Assembly: GCA_963729715.1 (NCBI GenBank)
Contig: CAVSPA010000009.1
Coordinates: forward strand, 1 to 64,000
Direction: 5' to 3'
Source of the DNA: an uncultured delta proteobacterium
Lineage (GTDB): Bacteria > Desulfobacterota > Syntrophia > Syntrophales > UBA2185
DNA: 64,000 nucleotides
Of this stretch, positions 30,787 through 41,175 are shown piece after piece. The first letter of the stretch is position 1. The number at the start of each line of letters is the position of its first letter. The position numbers were made by a program, and so were the translations under genes. The notes under the pieces were generated by a model, which worked only from the letters and a program-made list of their open reading frames with translations, searched no databases and was not told the origin of the DNA.

Positions 30787-31098
30787 CTACATTTTAACTT
30801 CACTGACCTGAAGCGTGGGTTGGATATCGGTGTAGTTGGGCATATCCCCCATGATCGCTTTGGCGTGTGGGCCAAAGGAAGCTTGAAATGCCTCCACTGA
30901 ATCAAAATAGAGATGGCCCATGGCAATATAGGTCGGTTTCGATCCGGGCACTGCGCCAGCCAATCCCTGTTCCACAGCCGCGCCCTTACACGAAGTCCCT
31001 AACAATTGCTGGACCATGGGTATGTGCTTACTGCAATAGTAGACCATGTCAAATTTCTTGCCTTCACCGCTTGGATAAAACACGCTGACTTTGATCAT
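30787..31098 (-). CDS. EthD family protein
   Basis: YP...FDM.YY...HIP...GHLYFDSVEAF...DMPNYTD. Confidence 0.9.
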   Translation of the reverse strand: MIKVSVFYPSGEGKKFDMVYYCSKHIPMVQQLLGTSCKGAAVEQGLAGAVPGSKPTYIAMGHLYFDSVEAFQASFGPHAKAIMGDMPNYTDIQPTLQVSEVKM

Positions 31099-31115
31099 TT
31101 TTCTTCCTCCTTTTC

Positions 31116-34100
31116 TTAAGAAAGTTCAGCCAGAGTTTTTCCCGTTCTTGTAACCCAGCCGTCAGCACCACTTTCTCTGAAGAGGTCGATGGCCTTGGTG
31201 AGTTCTTCCTTCGCCCCTTCAATGTCACCTTTCTTCTTGAAGAAATCGGCATAGAGAGCGTGGTCGGTTGCTAAACACCATCTCATGCGATTTCTTGTGT
31301 GTGCATCAATGGCCTTCTGAATCCAGGCCTCTGCATCCGACAGGTGATCGCCATCCATATGTAGCAGGATGTCTCCAATCCATCCTTCAACCCATCCTTC
31401 CCACATCTTAATTTTCATGTTTTTGGAACCCTCTATTATCTCACTCATATTGGTGTCTGTCTCATTGTGATATGCTCTTGCCCTTGCTGAGTGTGCTTTA
31501 TTAATAATGACCCACGAAGGATACACTTTTAAATTTTCCAAAATTGAAATGGCTTTGTTATGATATTCCTGTGCTTTCTCATATTGTCCAATACTAAAAT
31601 ACGTAAAAGCCAGATGTGTGATTCCCCAACCCTCAAAATTGACCAGAGAGTTCTTTTCACAAAGAGGCAATCCCTCCAAAAGATATTTTTCTGCATCATC
31701 AAATAGACCTCTATAATAAAGATCCGTGCCATAAGCTACATAGACAGAACCTTTTGCAAACGTATCACCAGCTTCTTCTACCATACGTAAAGACTCTTCA
31801 CCCACTTTATGAGCTTGGCTAATATTGCCTTGAGATCCATAATTCTGGTTAATAAAATTCTTCGAAAATACTATTCCTACCGAACTCTTTGCCAATTCGC
31901 TCATATCGAGACAACGCTTAAGAAAAGTTAATGATTTTTCGTATTCACAATTACAAGATAAGCACCAACCCAAGCTGATACTTGTGATCCATAAGGACAC
32001 AAAATCACCGACCTCTTCTGAAATGCTAATTGCTTTATTAAAATATGAAAGACCACTAGTAATGTCCTCATCAACATTAAAGCTATACATTGCCAAAGCG
32101 TTGTAAATGCCCGAGAGACTTTTTTTGTAGTCCATTTTTATGGCTAGGTCAGCAATAGGTTGAACAGCATCTTTAGCGTCTGCAAGATGGCTTAAGCTGT
32201 TGTAATAATTTGCAAGGGTTACTCTGGCATCGATGACCTTCTTTTGATTGTCTTCAGTCTGTGGCAACTTCTCTAAACAGGCCACTCTCCTCTTCGCATA
32301 CTCAATGGCATCTCTGAATGAGGCGGCCTTCTGGTATTTTTTTGCCTCAAGCTTTGCATACTCTGCCCCCTTCTCGTAATTTTCGCTGGCAATGCAATGA
32401 TCAGCCAGAACACCATAGTGGTAGCAGATGTCGTCTTTATAGATTTCTTCCATCGTTTGAGCGATCTTTTCGTGGAGCTGCTTTTTCTTCTTTGTCAGTA
32501 TGGAATCGTAGACCACCTCTCTTGTGAGGGCATGCTTAAATATGTAGGCAGACTCAGGGTAGATGCCTCTTTCAAAAAGGAGTTCGGAATCTTTTAATGT
32601 GGAGAGATCGGATAGCAGCTCCTTTTCGGAAAGCCCTGTTACTTTCCCGATCAGATTATAGCCGAACTCCCTCTCTATAACTGAACCTGTTCTCAGGACT
32701 TCTCTTGCTCCCTCTGGGAGGTTGTCCACCCTTGCCATGATCACATCCTGGATCGTGGAAGGGATAGTGAGCTTCTGGATGTCCTTTGATAGTTGATAGC
32801 TATGGTCTTTTTTCTCGATGACCTTGAGGTCTTTCAGGGATTTTATGAACTCCTCAAGGAAGAAGGGTATACCCTCTGTCTTTTGCAGGATCAGGTCTTC
32901 CAGTTCTCTGTCGATATTGGGAGTGCCAAGCATGTGAGTTGCCATGGCAAGGCTCTCACGGTTGGACAGTTTGTTCAATGTAACCTGACTATGATAAGAA
33001 CGGCTTCCCCAGGTATGGATGAACTCAGGCCTGTAGGTGAAGATGAGGAATACCTTCGCTGCTGAGATGCTCTCCAGTAGATCTTTGAAGGCATCCTCGG
33101 AACTCCTATCCATCCAATGTAAGTCCTCGATAGCCATAATGAGAGGCCTTGCCTCGGAGCCCTTGATTGTTATTCGCTTTATCGCCTCCAATGTCCTGTC
33201 CTTCCTGGCCTCAGGACTCATGGGAATCTTGTCAACGCCGCTCTCCTTCACAGATAGGAGCTCTAATAGATAGGGGAGTGTGGTTGCTTCATCTACACGG
33301 ACAGCTTTTAAGAATCTCGTGACCTTCTTTCTTATGACCTGGTCAGTATCGTTATCCTGAATTTCAAAGTTAGCCTTCAGGACATCGACTACAGGATGGT
33401 AGGCCACATTGCGGCTGTAAGATAAGCAGCGTCCTTCAAGAAAGGTGACATATTCGTTGGTCACGGCCTTTCTGAACTCATAGAGGAGTCTTGATTTACC
33501 GATACCTGCATCGGATATTATAGAGATGGCCTGACCTCTGCCTTCCTTGGATCTTTCAAATCCATCTAACAGGAGTTCCAGTTCTCTTTCCCTTCCCACA
33601 AATGGCGTTAGTCCCCTTTCCGCACTGACATCGAATCTTGTTCTTCTGCTGCTGGGGGCAATTACCTGGTAAACTTTAAGGGGCTTCTCCTTTCCTTTGA
33701 TCTCTTTCTCACCCAAAGCCTCAAAGCGGAAAATTCCTTCCGTGAGCCTGAAGGTTTCATCGGAGACATAAGTGGTTCCAGGTTCGGCAAGGGATTCCAT
33801 GCGGGAGGCCATATTGACGGTGTCACCGACCGCCTTGAACTCTACTCTCAGGTCGTTTCCAAGGGTGCCTACCACTACAGGGCCGGTATGGATTCCTACT
33901 CTCATCTTGAGAGGTGGTATATTCCCCTTCTCCTGCTTTACTTTCTCATTGAACCTCGTCATCTCCCTATGGATGGCCATGGCGGATCTTATGGCTCTCT
34001 GTGGGGCATCCTCAAGTGCAATAGGGGCTCCAAATAAGGCCATGACACCGTCACCGGTCATCTCGTTGACTGTCCCTTCATAGTCGTGGACCTTGTGAAT

Positions 34101-34484
34101 GAGGATCTCGTAGACCTGGTCCATCATGCCATACACTTCTTCAGGGCCGAGTTTAGCAGCTAAGGGAGTAAATCCCTTCATGTCGCAGAACAGGACGGTT
34201 ACTTGTTTGCGTTCACCTTCTATCTTGTCACGCTGGGAGAGGATCTTCTCGGTGATGCCGGCGGGAAGGTACTTCTGGATCTTCTCCAGCTTCTCATCAA
34301 AGGAGAGTTCTTTCCGGGTGGGTTCGGAGGGAATGGTGAGGTTGTGGCCGCAATCGCCGCAGAATTGATCGCCTGGGACAACTTCTGATTGGCATTGTGG
34401 GCAGGTGCTTGAAAGTTTTGAACCGCATTTACGGCAAAACTTCTTATCCTCAGGATTCTCAAACTCACACTTCGGGCACTTCAT
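31116..34484 (-). CDS. Double Zn ribbon-class III nucleotidyl cyclase-AAA-TPR protein
   Basis: Four CxxC; LFCDMKGFT, TGDG, GDTVNMASR; SDAGIGKS, EDLHW; C-terminal TPR-like helices. Confidence 0.92.
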   Translation of the reverse strand: MKCPKCEFENPEDKKFCRKCGSKLSSTCPQCQSEVVPGDQFCGDCGHNLTIPSEPTRKELSFDEKLEKIQKYLPAGITEKILSQRDKIEGERKQVTVLFCDMKGFTPLAAKLGPEEVYGMMDQVYEILIHKVHDYEGTVNEMTGDGVMALFGAPIALEDAPQRAIRSAMAIHREMTRFNEKVKQEKGNIPPLKMRVGIHTGPVVVGTLGNDLRVEFKAVGDTVNMASRMESLAEPGTTYVSDETFRLTEGIFRFEALGEKEIKGKEKPLKVYQVIAPSSRRTRFDVSAERGLTPFVGRERELELLLDGFERSKEGRGQAISIISDAGIGKSRLLYEFRKAVTNEYVTFLEGRCLSYSRNVAYHPVVDVLKANFEIQDNDTDQVIRKKVTRFLKAVRVDEATTLPYLLELLSVKESGVDKIPMSPEARKDRTLEAIKRITIKGSEARPLIMAIEDLHWMDRSSEDAFKDLLESISAAKVFLIFTYRPEFIHTWGSRSYHSQVTLNKLSNRESLAMATHMLGTPNIDRELEDLILQKTEGIPFFLEEFIKSLKDLKVIEKKDHSYQLSKDIQKLTIPSTIQDVIMARVDNLPEGAREVLRTGSVIEREFGYNLIGKVTGLSEKELLSDLSTLKDSELLFERGIYPESAYIFKHALTREVVYDSILTKKKKQLHEKIAQTMEEIYKDDICYHYGVLADHCIASENYEKGAEYAKLEAKKYQKAASFRDAIEYAKRRVACLEKLPQTEDNQKKVIDARVTLANYYNSLSHLADAKDAVQPIADLAIKMDYKKSLSGIYNALAMYSFNVDEDITSGLSYFNKAISISEEVGDFVSLWITSISLGWCLSCNCEYEKSLTFLKRCLDMSELAKSSVGIVFSKNFINQNYGSQGNISQAHKVGEESLRMVEEAGDTFAKGSVYVAYGTDLYYRGLFDDAEKYLLEGLPLCEKNSLVNFEGWGITHLAFTYFSIGQYEKAQEYHNKAISILENLKVYPSWVIINKAHSARARAYHNETDTNMSEIIEGSKNMKIKMWEGWVEGWIGDILLHMDGDHLSDAEAWIQKAIDAHTRNRMRWCLATDHALYADFFKKKGDIEGAKEELTKAIDLFRESGADGWVTRTGKTLAELS

Positions 34485-34933
34485 GTTGATCCTCCATCAA
34501 GGGGTCTGTCCCGTTACAGGTCTGAAGGAATGCCTATCTATATATGAAGCAGAGAAAAACTGAATCTGTGAGATAGTTAGAGACTAATAGTTTGAGGGTT
34601 ATAGATGCCCCAAGGGATTATAAGAATACTTTTTTTATGAACAGGAAGGAGCATCCTATCGAGGGCAAGATAGAGGACAATTCAATGAAAATCAAGGGGA
34701 AAATGATGGAAATTTGGCATATTTCATACAGCCGTGGAGAATCCGTTCAAAACCAGCAGCCAATTCCGTTGCAAACCAGCACCCTATTCCGGAACATGCC
34801 AGCAGGTGATTCCGGAACAAACCAGCAGGTTTCCGTGATTTAGCGGAAATGCCTGCTGGCATAGCGGAATAAAAATCATACTGAACAATTGACCTAATCA
34901 GCCATAATACCCTCTTAAAAAACTGGAGGGTGT

Positions 34934-36502
34934 ATGGCACAGGTAAGGATCAGTATGAGAAAGATAAAAGAAGTCTTAAGATTACATTTTGAAGCCGGGA
35001 TATCCCAAGCCAAGATATCAGATATTGCCAATATCAGCAGATTTACAGTTCAGCAATATATAATGAGGTTTACCGCTGCCGGGCTGAGCTGGCCATTGGA
35101 CATGAGTGATGATGAACTGGAACGGAGATTGTTTCCCAGGAACAAGGGGAAAAATAACCGAGAGGAACCAGATTACCGCTGGTTGCTGCAGGAGATCCGC
35201 AGGCCAAACGCAACACTGTCTGTCTTATGGGAAGAATACAAGCAACAGCACCCGGCTGGTTATCAATACAGCTATTTTTGTGATTTGTTCAATGCTTACC
35301 GGGAAAAGCTGAACTTAAGCATGCGCCAGGTTCACAAAGCCGGCGAGAAAACATTTATTGATTTCAGCGACAGTCCGATAAAGATTATCACTCGGGCAAC
35401 CGGGACAGAGACCGATACAAAAATCTTCGTTTCTGTCTGGGGCGCATCAAGCTACATGTTTGCCAAGAGTTGCCTGGATGAGAAGTTGCCAACCTGGATA
35501 AGATTAAATGTCAACGCGCTGGAGTATTTTGGGTGTTGCCCAAGGGCGATGGTACCGGATAATCTCAGATCGGCGGTAAGCAGGGCATCCAGATATGAGC
35601 CTGATATAAATCCCACCTATGCGGAGTTTGCAAGACATTACGGGACAGTGATTTTTCCGGCAAGACCTTATCGGCCAAAAGACAAATCCAAAGCTGAGAA
35701 TGGCATAAAGCTGGCGAAGCGGTGGATATTGTTCCGGCTGCGCAATGAGCGCTTCTATTCGCTGAGCGAACTGAATGATGCGATCGGTGTATTGCTCAAA
35801 GAGTTTAACAAAAGAAAAATGAAAAAGTTTCAAAAAAGCCGGCAGGAGCTTTTTGAACTTTTAGACAAACCACATGCGCTTAAACTTCCGGATGCACATT
35901 ACGAATTTGCTGAATGGAAAAAAGCCAAGGTACAGTTTAATTATCACGTCAGCTATGAGGGGCATGATTATTCGGTACCTTATACGCTCATTCATAAAGA
36001 GGTGGATATTAAAGCCACGCCTGTCCTGATAGAGGTTTATTACAATGGCAAAAGAATCTGCAGTCATGCAAAAAGCAGCAAGCCTTACGGTTATACAACC
36101 GTCCCAGAGCATATGCCCCGGAATCATCAAAAATATCTGGAATGGACCCCGGACAGGATTCTGCATTATGCGGCGAAGTACGGGCAATCGGTTAAGGCGC
36201 TTGTTCAAAGGGTCATGGACTCCAGAAAGTTTCCTGAGCAGGCATATAAGTCATGCCTGGGCATCATCAGGCTTGAGAACAAATATACGGCGGCCCGCTT
36301 GGATCTTGCCTGCAATAGAGCGCTTCTATACAGGGCTTATTCCTATAACAGCGTAGCTGCCATTCTCGAGAAAGGGCTGGATAAACAAACTCCTTTGTCA
36401 CAGATAAACAACGCCGTCATTAATCACGAAAACATCAGAGGTTCGAATTATTATCTGGAAGGAGGAAACAGTGTACGCGCAGACAATAAGCAAAATGAAT
36501 GA
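34934..36502 (+). CDS. istA: IS21 transposase
   Basis: YSYFC, FIDF, VPDNL, ARPYRPKDKSKAE, YSVPY. Confidence 0.95.
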   Translation: MAQVRISMRKIKEVLRLHFEAGISQAKISDIANISRFTVQQYIMRFTAAGLSWPLDMSDDELERRLFPRNKGKNNREEPDYRWLLQEIRRPNATLSVLWEEYKQQHPAGYQYSYFCDLFNAYREKLNLSMRQVHKAGEKTFIDFSDSPIKIITRATGTETDTKIFVSVWGASSYMFAKSCLDEKLPTWIRLNVNALEYFGCCPRAMVPDNLRSAVSRASRYEPDINPTYAEFARHYGTVIFPARPYRPKDKSKAENGIKLAKRWILFRLRNERFYSLSELNDAIGVLLKEFNKRKMKKFQKSRQELFELLDKPHALKLPDAHYEFAEWKKAKVQFNYHVSYEGHDYSVPYTLIHKEVDIKATPVLIEVYYNGKRICSHAKSSKPYGYTTVPEHMPRNHQKYLEWTPDRILHYAAKYGQSVKALVQRVMDSRKFPEQAYKSCLGIIRLENKYTAARLDLACNRALLYRAYSYNSVAAILEKGLDKQTPLSQINNAVINHENIRGSNYYLEGGNSVRADNKQNE

Positions 36503-37208
36503 AATGAAATTGCACGGTATGGCCAGATCTTTTCAAGAACGGCGGACAAAACCGGACCATCAGGATTTAAGCCATGACGAGTTTACCGCCTTGCTGATTG
36601 ATGACGAATATATACAAAGGCAGAACAATCGTCAGCGCCGTTTGATGCAGAGGGCAAAGCTGAAGTTTCCCTCTGCTGCTCTGGAAAACATTGACTATCT
36701 CAAGAATAGAAACATTGCCAAAACGAAGATTACTTCTTTACAGAATAACCAATGGTTGGAAAAACATCAGAACATTTTAATCTCAGGGCCAACCGGTGTT
36801 GGCAAGAGTTACCTGACATGTGCTTTCGGCCAGTGGGCCTGCCGGAATGGATTCTCTGTTTATTACAGCCGCTGGCCGAGAATGCTTGGCGATATCCTGG
36901 CTGCAAGAGGCGAAGGCAATTATCTAAAATATCTGCAGAAGCTGACTAAAGTCGGACTGCTGATCATTGACGATTTCGGCTTAAACTCACTATCTGATGC
37001 CGATAAGAAAGATCTGATGGAGATTGTCGAGGATCGCTATATGACCGGTTCAACAATTATCGCAAGTCAGTTGCCGATCAAAGACTGGCATGCTTTTATC
37101 GGTGATCCCACAATCGCCGATGCTGTTTGTGACAGATTATTCCATGTCGCTCATAAATTTGAATTGAAAGGAGACACAATGCGAAAAAAAATAGAATCTA
37201 TTGATTGA
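36471..37208 (+). CDS. istB: IS21 helper ATPase
   Basis: GPTGVGKS, LIIDDFG, ADAVCDRL. Confidence 0.95.
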   Translation: MYAQTISKMNEMKLHGMARSFQERRTKPDHQDLSHDEFTALLIDDEYIQRQNNRQRRLMQRAKLKFPSAALENIDYLKNRNIAKTKITSLQNNQWLEKHQNILISGPTGVGKSYLTCAFGQWACRNGFSVYYSRWPRMLGDILAARGEGNYLKYLQKLTKVGLLIIDDFGLNSLSDADKKDLMEIVEDRYMTGSTIIASQLPIKDWHAFIGDPTIADAVCDRLFHVAHKFELKGDTMRKKIESID

Positions 37209-37453
37209 TGCCAGCAGGGTATGTTATTTAAACCCCGGTCAGCTTTCAGTATGCAGCAGGGTGCTGGCTTCCTCCGGAATCACCTGCAGGTTTCAGCGGT
37301 ATTTCCACAGCCGAGGATTACTGGAAGAAACCCTCACATATCCATGAAGAACTCCAGTTATTGATAAGAGGAAGCAGTCCTCTATATCAGGTCTCAAACC
37401 AACATTTATTATAACCGCAAAGGAAATTCATGTGGCGATCATGCGCTAGTGTC

Positions 37454-37864
37454 TCATGCCAGTCGTTTACCAGCGTCTGGCCCAGGCGCGAGATTATAAA
37501 TCTCTTCAATTTTAAAAATTATCGTGCCTTTGGACTTAAGTGATAATCCAAACTTTGCACTTAATTCATCAATCCATCGGACCGTATCTTCATACCGCTT
37601 GCCGCTGGTTTCTATGGTGACGGTACCTTTCAACTGGTAACCTTCACGTTCTTCCCAATACATCACGGACACCCGAGGATTCGCCTTCATGTTTGCCAGG
37701 GTTTTGTTGAAGTATTGATCAGATATAAGAATGGTTTCAGCATCGATGATTTTTTTTGCTCCAATTGGCACTGCGTTGGGTCTGCCATCTCCGGTTGCCG
37801 TCGCAAGGACTACGTTGCGCACTTTATTGAACAGTTCCTGCATTCTTTCTGTCATTTGAGCCAT
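37454..37864 (-). CDS. Pyridoxamine 5'-phosphate oxidase-like FMN-binding protein
   Basis: LATA...GRPN, KTLANM..NP, GYQLKG. Confidence 0.88.
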   Translation of the reverse strand: MAQMTERMQELFNKVRNVVLATATGDGRPNAVPIGAKKIIDAETILISDQYFNKTLANMKANPRVSVMYWEEREGYQLKGTVTIETSGKRYEDTVRWIDELSAKFGLSLKSKGTIIFKIEEIYNLAPGPDAGKRLA

Positions 37865-37949
37865 CTTGATTATCTCCTATTTTGATTTCTATATTGTTTT
37901 GTCCAGTTTTTTGGGGAGAGGCTCAGATTCCATTTATCGCCTTTTCCCA

Positions 37950-38933
37950 CTATTGAAGCGCCTTTTTGCATAGTTCAGTTATGAATATCGGATTGATTGA
38001 ATCCTCCTTGCAGAGTTTCCGAAGATTGAGATAGCACATGGGGCACAGGAAGACCATGGCATCCGCATTCACTTTTTTTGCATCGTCTATATTCCACTTT
38101 TTCACAATCGCCGCCCGTTCTTTGTCGCGTGCCATGAGTGGGGCACCGCAGCACAGTGCATTTATTCTTTCATACTTCCGTGCTGGCCTCTCCACTCCCA
38201 GGAGTTCGAAAATCTTGTCGAGATAGATATCCTTCCCCTGTGTGTAGCGCGAGGCGCAGGGAGATTGGTAAGCAACGCGGATCGGAACCGCTTTGAGTCG
38301 GCCCTCGCGCTTCTTGAGTTCCCGATAGAGGTATTCAAAGATATGGACAGGCTGGAAGGGCACTTTCAAGCCATACTCCTGGGCCAGCGTGGTCAGCATT
38401 GTATAACAGTCGTCGTGGAAACAGATAACTTCTTTAGCTTCCAAGGCGGCGAGCTTCTCAATGAACCTCTTTGCCTCCTTCTTAGCGGAGCTCGGTTTCC
38501 CGAGGTGAATATGTCCAACGGTACAGAAATAGTCCGCACCTTCGACAATCGTCAAATCATCGAAAAGAGGATTGTCCAGAAGTTCACGGACCATATCTCC
38601 CACGATGCACAGATTCAGCACGGGTTTCCCCTCTTTGCCTTTTTTTACGACGGTCGGAAGATTATAGAGCTTAGCGAAGTTCTGCATGGCTTGTTCGGGA
38701 ATGCCGAGGGCACCCGTTTCTTCCTGTCGCTGGTTAAGCAAATCGAATGGATTGGCCTGGGTCGGGCAGACTAAATTGCACGATGCGCAAGTGACGCATA
38801 GACCCACAATCGGCGGTGTTCCTCCCGATACAAGCTCCTTCATTTCCTCCTGAGCCCGATTGAGGTCGTATTCCACATAAGGACAAAACTCCAAGCACTT
38901 TCCACATAAATTGCATTTTTCTTGGTAAAACAA
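37950..38933 (-). CDS. Fe-S protein with 2x[4Fe-4S] and CCG domain (HdrD-like)
   Basis: CNLCGKCLEFCP, CVTCASCNLVCP, PC...CCG...CPMC. Confidence 0.88.
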   Translation of the reverse strand: MFYQEKCNLCGKCLEFCPYVEYDLNRAQEEMKELVSGGTPPIVGLCVTCASCNLVCPTQANPFDLLNQRQEETGALGIPEQAMQNFAKLYNLPTVVKKGKEGKPVLNLCIVGDMVRELLDNPLFDDLTIVEGADYFCTVGHIHLGKPSSAKKEAKRFIEKLAALEAKEVICFHDDCYTMLTTLAQEYGLKVPFQPVHIFEYLYRELKKREGRLKAVPIRVAYQSPCASRYTQGKDIYLDKIFELLGVERPARKYERINALCCGAPLMARDKERAAIVKKWNIDDAKKVNADAMVFLCPMCYLNLRKLCKEDSINPIFITELCKKALQ

Positions 38934-39026
38934 TGATTCCTCCTTGGGTTTTATATTTGGCCGTTTATGTCAGCGTGCTTTCTTACCACAATTCAAAGAT
39001 AGGGTCCTTCGATATCACAATTTTCA

Positions 39027-39097
39027 AGGAAATAACATTAATGATTACAGTTTGAAGTGTCGTATCATCATCGAGATTGATGACTTGCAGATAACAG
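39027..39097 (+). repeat. 71-bp direct repeat, copy 1 (left of IS110)
   Basis: Identical to 40528-40598. Confidence 0.95.
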
Positions 39098-39187
39098 ACC
39101 TTATGATAAAAAAGTAAAAGGCAAGTCTCAACCTTGCATGGTATATTTTGTTTGCCACAACAAAAACATACCCAAAGGAGGCTTGCC

Positions 39188-40246
39188 ATGGTTAAAGGTA
39201 ACAAACTTGATTTCACCGGTCAACACATTTACGTCGGTATGGACATTCACAAAAAGAGCTGGAGCGTCAGCATTCATAATGAACACTTTGAACACAAAAC
39301 CTTTACCCAACCGCCCGAGGTTAAGAAACTGGTATATTATTTACAAAGAAACTTTCCAGGTGCCACCTATCATTCCGTATATGAAGCCGGTTTCAGTGGT
39401 TTCTGGATCCATGACCAGCTAACTCAAGAAGGAATCCATTCCATGGTAGTCAATCCCGCCGATGTCCCGACAAAGCATAAGGAGAAAGCCGGCAAGGCCG
39501 ACAAGGTGGATTGCCGGAAGCTGGGCAGGAGCCTCCGCAGCGGCGACATCAAAGGCATTTACGTTCCTTCCAGGACAGAAGTGGAAGACCGTCACCTGAT
39601 ACGCACCCGCCAGGGCATGGTGAAGAAACAGACGCGGTGCAAGAACCAGATCAAAGCGATTCTCTTTTTTTACGGCATCGCGCTTCCCGAAGAGGGAAAC
39701 TGGTCCAGGAACTTCATCAACCGATTAGATGCTGTCCAAATGGAAAAAGCCAGCGGAGATATTACCCTCAAAGCCCATCTGGAAGAACTGAAGCACCTTA
39801 GACAGATCATCGCCGGTCTCAACAAAGCCATCCTCGCCTTGTCCAGATCCGATACATACAGGGATAAGGTCCTTCTCCTTAGGTCCGTGCCGGGCATCAG
39901 TACCCTCACGGCAATGACGTTACTGACAGAGCTATGTGACATTACCCGGTTTCCATCCATCGACAAGCTTGCCAGCTATACGGGATTGGTTCCCGATATA
40001 AAGTCAAGCGGCGAGACGGCATACACGGCGGGTATCACCCACCGCAGGAATCCCATATTAAGGACCGTGCTCATCGAGGCCTCCTGGGTGGCAGTGCGGA
40101 AAGACCCGGCATTGATGATGGCCTTCCATAAGTTCTCCCTCCGGATGAAAAAGACGGTAGCCATCGTCCACATCGCCAGGAAGCTTTTGAACCGTATCCG
40201 TTTCGTCCTTATGAACCATGAGCAATATGTACCGGCTGTCGTTTAA
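39188..40246 (+). CDS. IS110-family DEDD recombinase
   Basis: VGMDIHK, YEAG, KADKVD, VPGI, YTGLVP...SSG; AAGGAGG RBS. Confidence 0.95.
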   Translation: MVKGNKLDFTGQHIYVGMDIHKKSWSVSIHNEHFEHKTFTQPPEVKKLVYYLQRNFPGATYHSVYEAGFSGFWIHDQLTQEGIHSMVVNPADVPTKHKEKAGKADKVDCRKLGRSLRSGDIKGIYVPSRTEVEDRHLIRTRQGMVKKQTRCKNQIKAILFFYGIALPEEGNWSRNFINRLDAVQMEKASGDITLKAHLEELKHLRQIIAGLNKAILALSRSDTYRDKVLLLRSVPGISTLTAMTLLTELCDITRFPSIDKLASYTGLVPDIKSSGETAYTAGITHRRNPILRTVLIEASWVAVRKDPALMMAFHKFSLRMKKTVAIVHIARKLLNRIRFVLMNHEQYVPAVV

Positions 40247-40500
40247 TTATAAAAAGAACAGGAGCGTATGAAGACAATCTGAAAAATCTTATTTCGTGGG
40301 CAACGGATACTAACTTCCTGCAGCTGATATAAGAATCATGCCTGCTCATTACAGACTACGTGCCCACACATTAAAACCTGACAAAGATAATGCAGCGATC
40401 CCTCAGCGATCTGTCTGCTGATAGGAGAATGCTTTTTGAAGATTGTGCTTACATACACAAAAAATTCAAAAGAACAAAAACTTCCGTCACCCTATGAGTA
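40247..40500 (+). ncRNA. Candidate bridge/seekRNA in long 3' non-coding end
   Basis: GTGGGCA/TGCCCAC stem enclosing CTTCCTG and ATTACAG segments that match the insertion site. Confidence 0.6.
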
Positions 40501-40527
40501 AACAAGAGACTTGCTTTTTTACATAGG

Positions 40528-40598
40528 AGGAAATAACATTAATGATTACAGTTTGAAGTGTCGTATCATCATCGAGATTGATGACTTGCAGATAACAG
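40528..40598 (+). repeat. 71-bp direct repeat, copy 2 (right of IS110)
   Basis: Identical to 39027-39097. Confidence 0.95.
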
Positions 40599-40764
40599 GA
40601 AGATAGCCGGATTCTAAATGAACAGAAAATGAACTGTCTCGCCGTTGCATGTTTCATCTCGCATTCAACGAGCTGCTCTGACAAAACGACCTGCGACTTG
40701 TATTTGTTAGAGAGTAAATAAAAAAATCAGCAGGCAGCTAACGGCGACCCGCAGGAGTGGTTCA

Positions 40765-41175
40765 TCATCTCTTCTGTAAATGTCTTTTGATAAATTCATG
40801 CGGTTTGAGGACTTCTATGCCTTGGTATCCGGAGACCTTCAGCAGATGCTTATCACCGCTAACGATAATCCTGCTTCCACTGGCTATAGCACAGGCAAGA
40901 AATTTGTCATCATCAGCGTCAGTGCACACGGGTTTGGGGAGGTCTTGAGTCTGATACAATTCAGCCTCAATAGTTACCAGATCAAGAATAGGTCTCAAGT
41001 CAATTGAAGGGAATCGCTCGGCAATTGCTTCTCCCACTCTCCAGTATTCTTTAAGTATCTCTTGAGAAATTGCCAATTGAATTTTGCCGTCACGCCATGC
41101 ATTAAGAATTTGATGTGGTGGTCCACTGAAAAAGACTCCGGAAATGAAAACATTCGTATCGACGATAACCTTCAC
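40765..41175 (-). CDS. PIN-domain toxin
   Basis: VIVDTNV, DADDDKFLACA, IVSGDKHLL. Confidence 0.92.
   Translation of the reverse strand: MKVIVDTNVFISGVFFSGPPHQILNAWRDGKIQLAISQEILKEYWRVGEAIAERFPSIDLRPILDLVTIEAELYQTQDLPKPVCTDADDDKFLACAIASGSRIIVSGDKHLLKVSGYQGIEVLKPHEFIKRHLQKR

Larger units (their letters stand above)
34735..37307 (+). mobile_element. IS21-family element with 6-bp target duplication CAGCCG
   Basis: TG...CA ends (TGGAGAATCCG / CGGTATTTCCA); DR at 34729-34734 and 37308-37313; multiple CCAGCA subterminal repeats. Confidence 0.93.
39096..40529 (+). mobile_element. IS110/IS1111-type element with AG core
   Basis: Subterminal IR GCAAGTCTC/GAGACTTGC; joining ends at AG yields TTGCTT-N17-TATGAT promoter. 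Confidence 0.88.

Noticed and set aside
34745..34865. CCAGCA repeats as CRISPR or iterons
   Set aside because: They are IS21 subterminal repeats; no spacers and no cas genes
40730..40762. attC after the PIN toxin (GTTAGCT on minus strand)
   Set aside because: No convincing inverse core or L-box pairing
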